DNA of 64,000 nt from NCBI GenBank assembly GCA_977017575.1, contig CDRNVI010000015.1:372001-436000 (forward strand). Direction: 5' to 3'. The translations under genes were made by a program, and so were the position numbers. The notes beneath the pieces are model-generated. The model was not told the origin of the DNA, made no database searches, and was given only the letters and a program-made list of their open reading frames with translations. Every line of letters begins with the position of its first letter. Within the stretch, counting starts at the first letter, position 1. Origin of the DNA: Paramoeba atlantica (lineage: Eukaryota; Protista; Discosea). This document shows, one piece after another, positions 63,407-64,000 of this stretch.

Positions 63407-64000
63407 AATCCGTGTGCCGTAGGATGCATGCTCGGGGGATACATGACGGAAGTTTAATCTACAATGATTTATAAAAATTTAATAAAATGATTTATGTCAT
63501 TTTCCCATTTGGAACTTAATAAAAGAGAATTATATCCTTTAATAGACAATTTTAACGGGATTTGCACAATTTTTACATACATTTGCATATTTTTTGGAGG
63601 TTTTTTTATATTTTTTTACCATTTTTTACAAGTGTGTTTAACTAGGCGCAAAGTGTCGTTCCGATCATATTCGCGTCGAGATCTCCCTTTTGCAACAAAA
63701 ATCAGGTGAAACGGACCCACGGCCCAAAAATGGGAGGTGTCCCGATATTGGTGATCCCCCCTGTATAGTTTCAACATTTCTAAAACACATTTCAACACAT
63801 TTCTAGAACAATAGGCAGTTACCACGTTCACAAATGTCATGCACATGCATTGTTTCATAACACTTTAGAGTATCTATTGAAAGTTCCCGTGCAGTGAATT
63901 CAGATTTCAAGACAACCGGATGTTTTTCATCAACATGAAGTTCATCAAAACAAAATAAATGTGCTAGCATCTGTTTCCTCTACGGTCGTCTGGGCACGTA

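Larger units (their letters stand above)
61601..63763 (-). mobile_element. IS630-Tc1-mariner DNA transposon with TA target duplication and about 130-bp TIRs (left TIR interrupted)
   Basis: TA|CAGGGGGGATCAC...GTGATCCCCCCTG|TA. Right TIR 63632-63763 matches 61601-61676 plus 62262-62315. DDE transposase inside. Confidence 0.93.

Overview
Eukaryotic, AT-rich, gene-dense window. All credible protein genes from 1 to 60176 are intronless and on the + strand, and some have polypyrimidine tracts upstream. This resembles a kinetoplastid-type polycistronic, trans-spliced unit (inference; the host is not proven). Bases 1-17730 recur almost perfectly at 19266-36995 (period 19,265 bp; one synonymous SNP found). 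The junction fuses the first 82 codons of tubulin cofactor D (TBCD) in frame to a DUF3592-like gene. Genes include a degenerate SDR/epimerase, QTRT1, proteasome beta-4, an RIIa-like protein, TVP15-like, a BRCT-AAA (spastin/fidgetin-like), two RMD1/DUF155 paralogues, a CPA1 Na+/H+ antiporter, NOP14, PHF5A, TBCD, a divergent TBP, DnaJ-A, an acyl-CoA dehydrogenase and several hypotheticals. Non-gene highlights: (1) four distinct TIR DNA elements, namely a TA-flanked Tc1/mariner at 61601-63763 (pseudogenised DD32E transposase; left TIR split by a 578-bp insert carrying a double-zinc-ribbon gene fragment between phased 10-bp repeat arrays) plus three non-autonomous MITE-like elements; (2) an approximately 600-nt GC-rich, hairpin-dense non-coding island at 42190-42790; (3) a sharp C-rich to G-rich skew flip inside the SDR gene. 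No CRISPR array, tRNA or rRNA was recognised.
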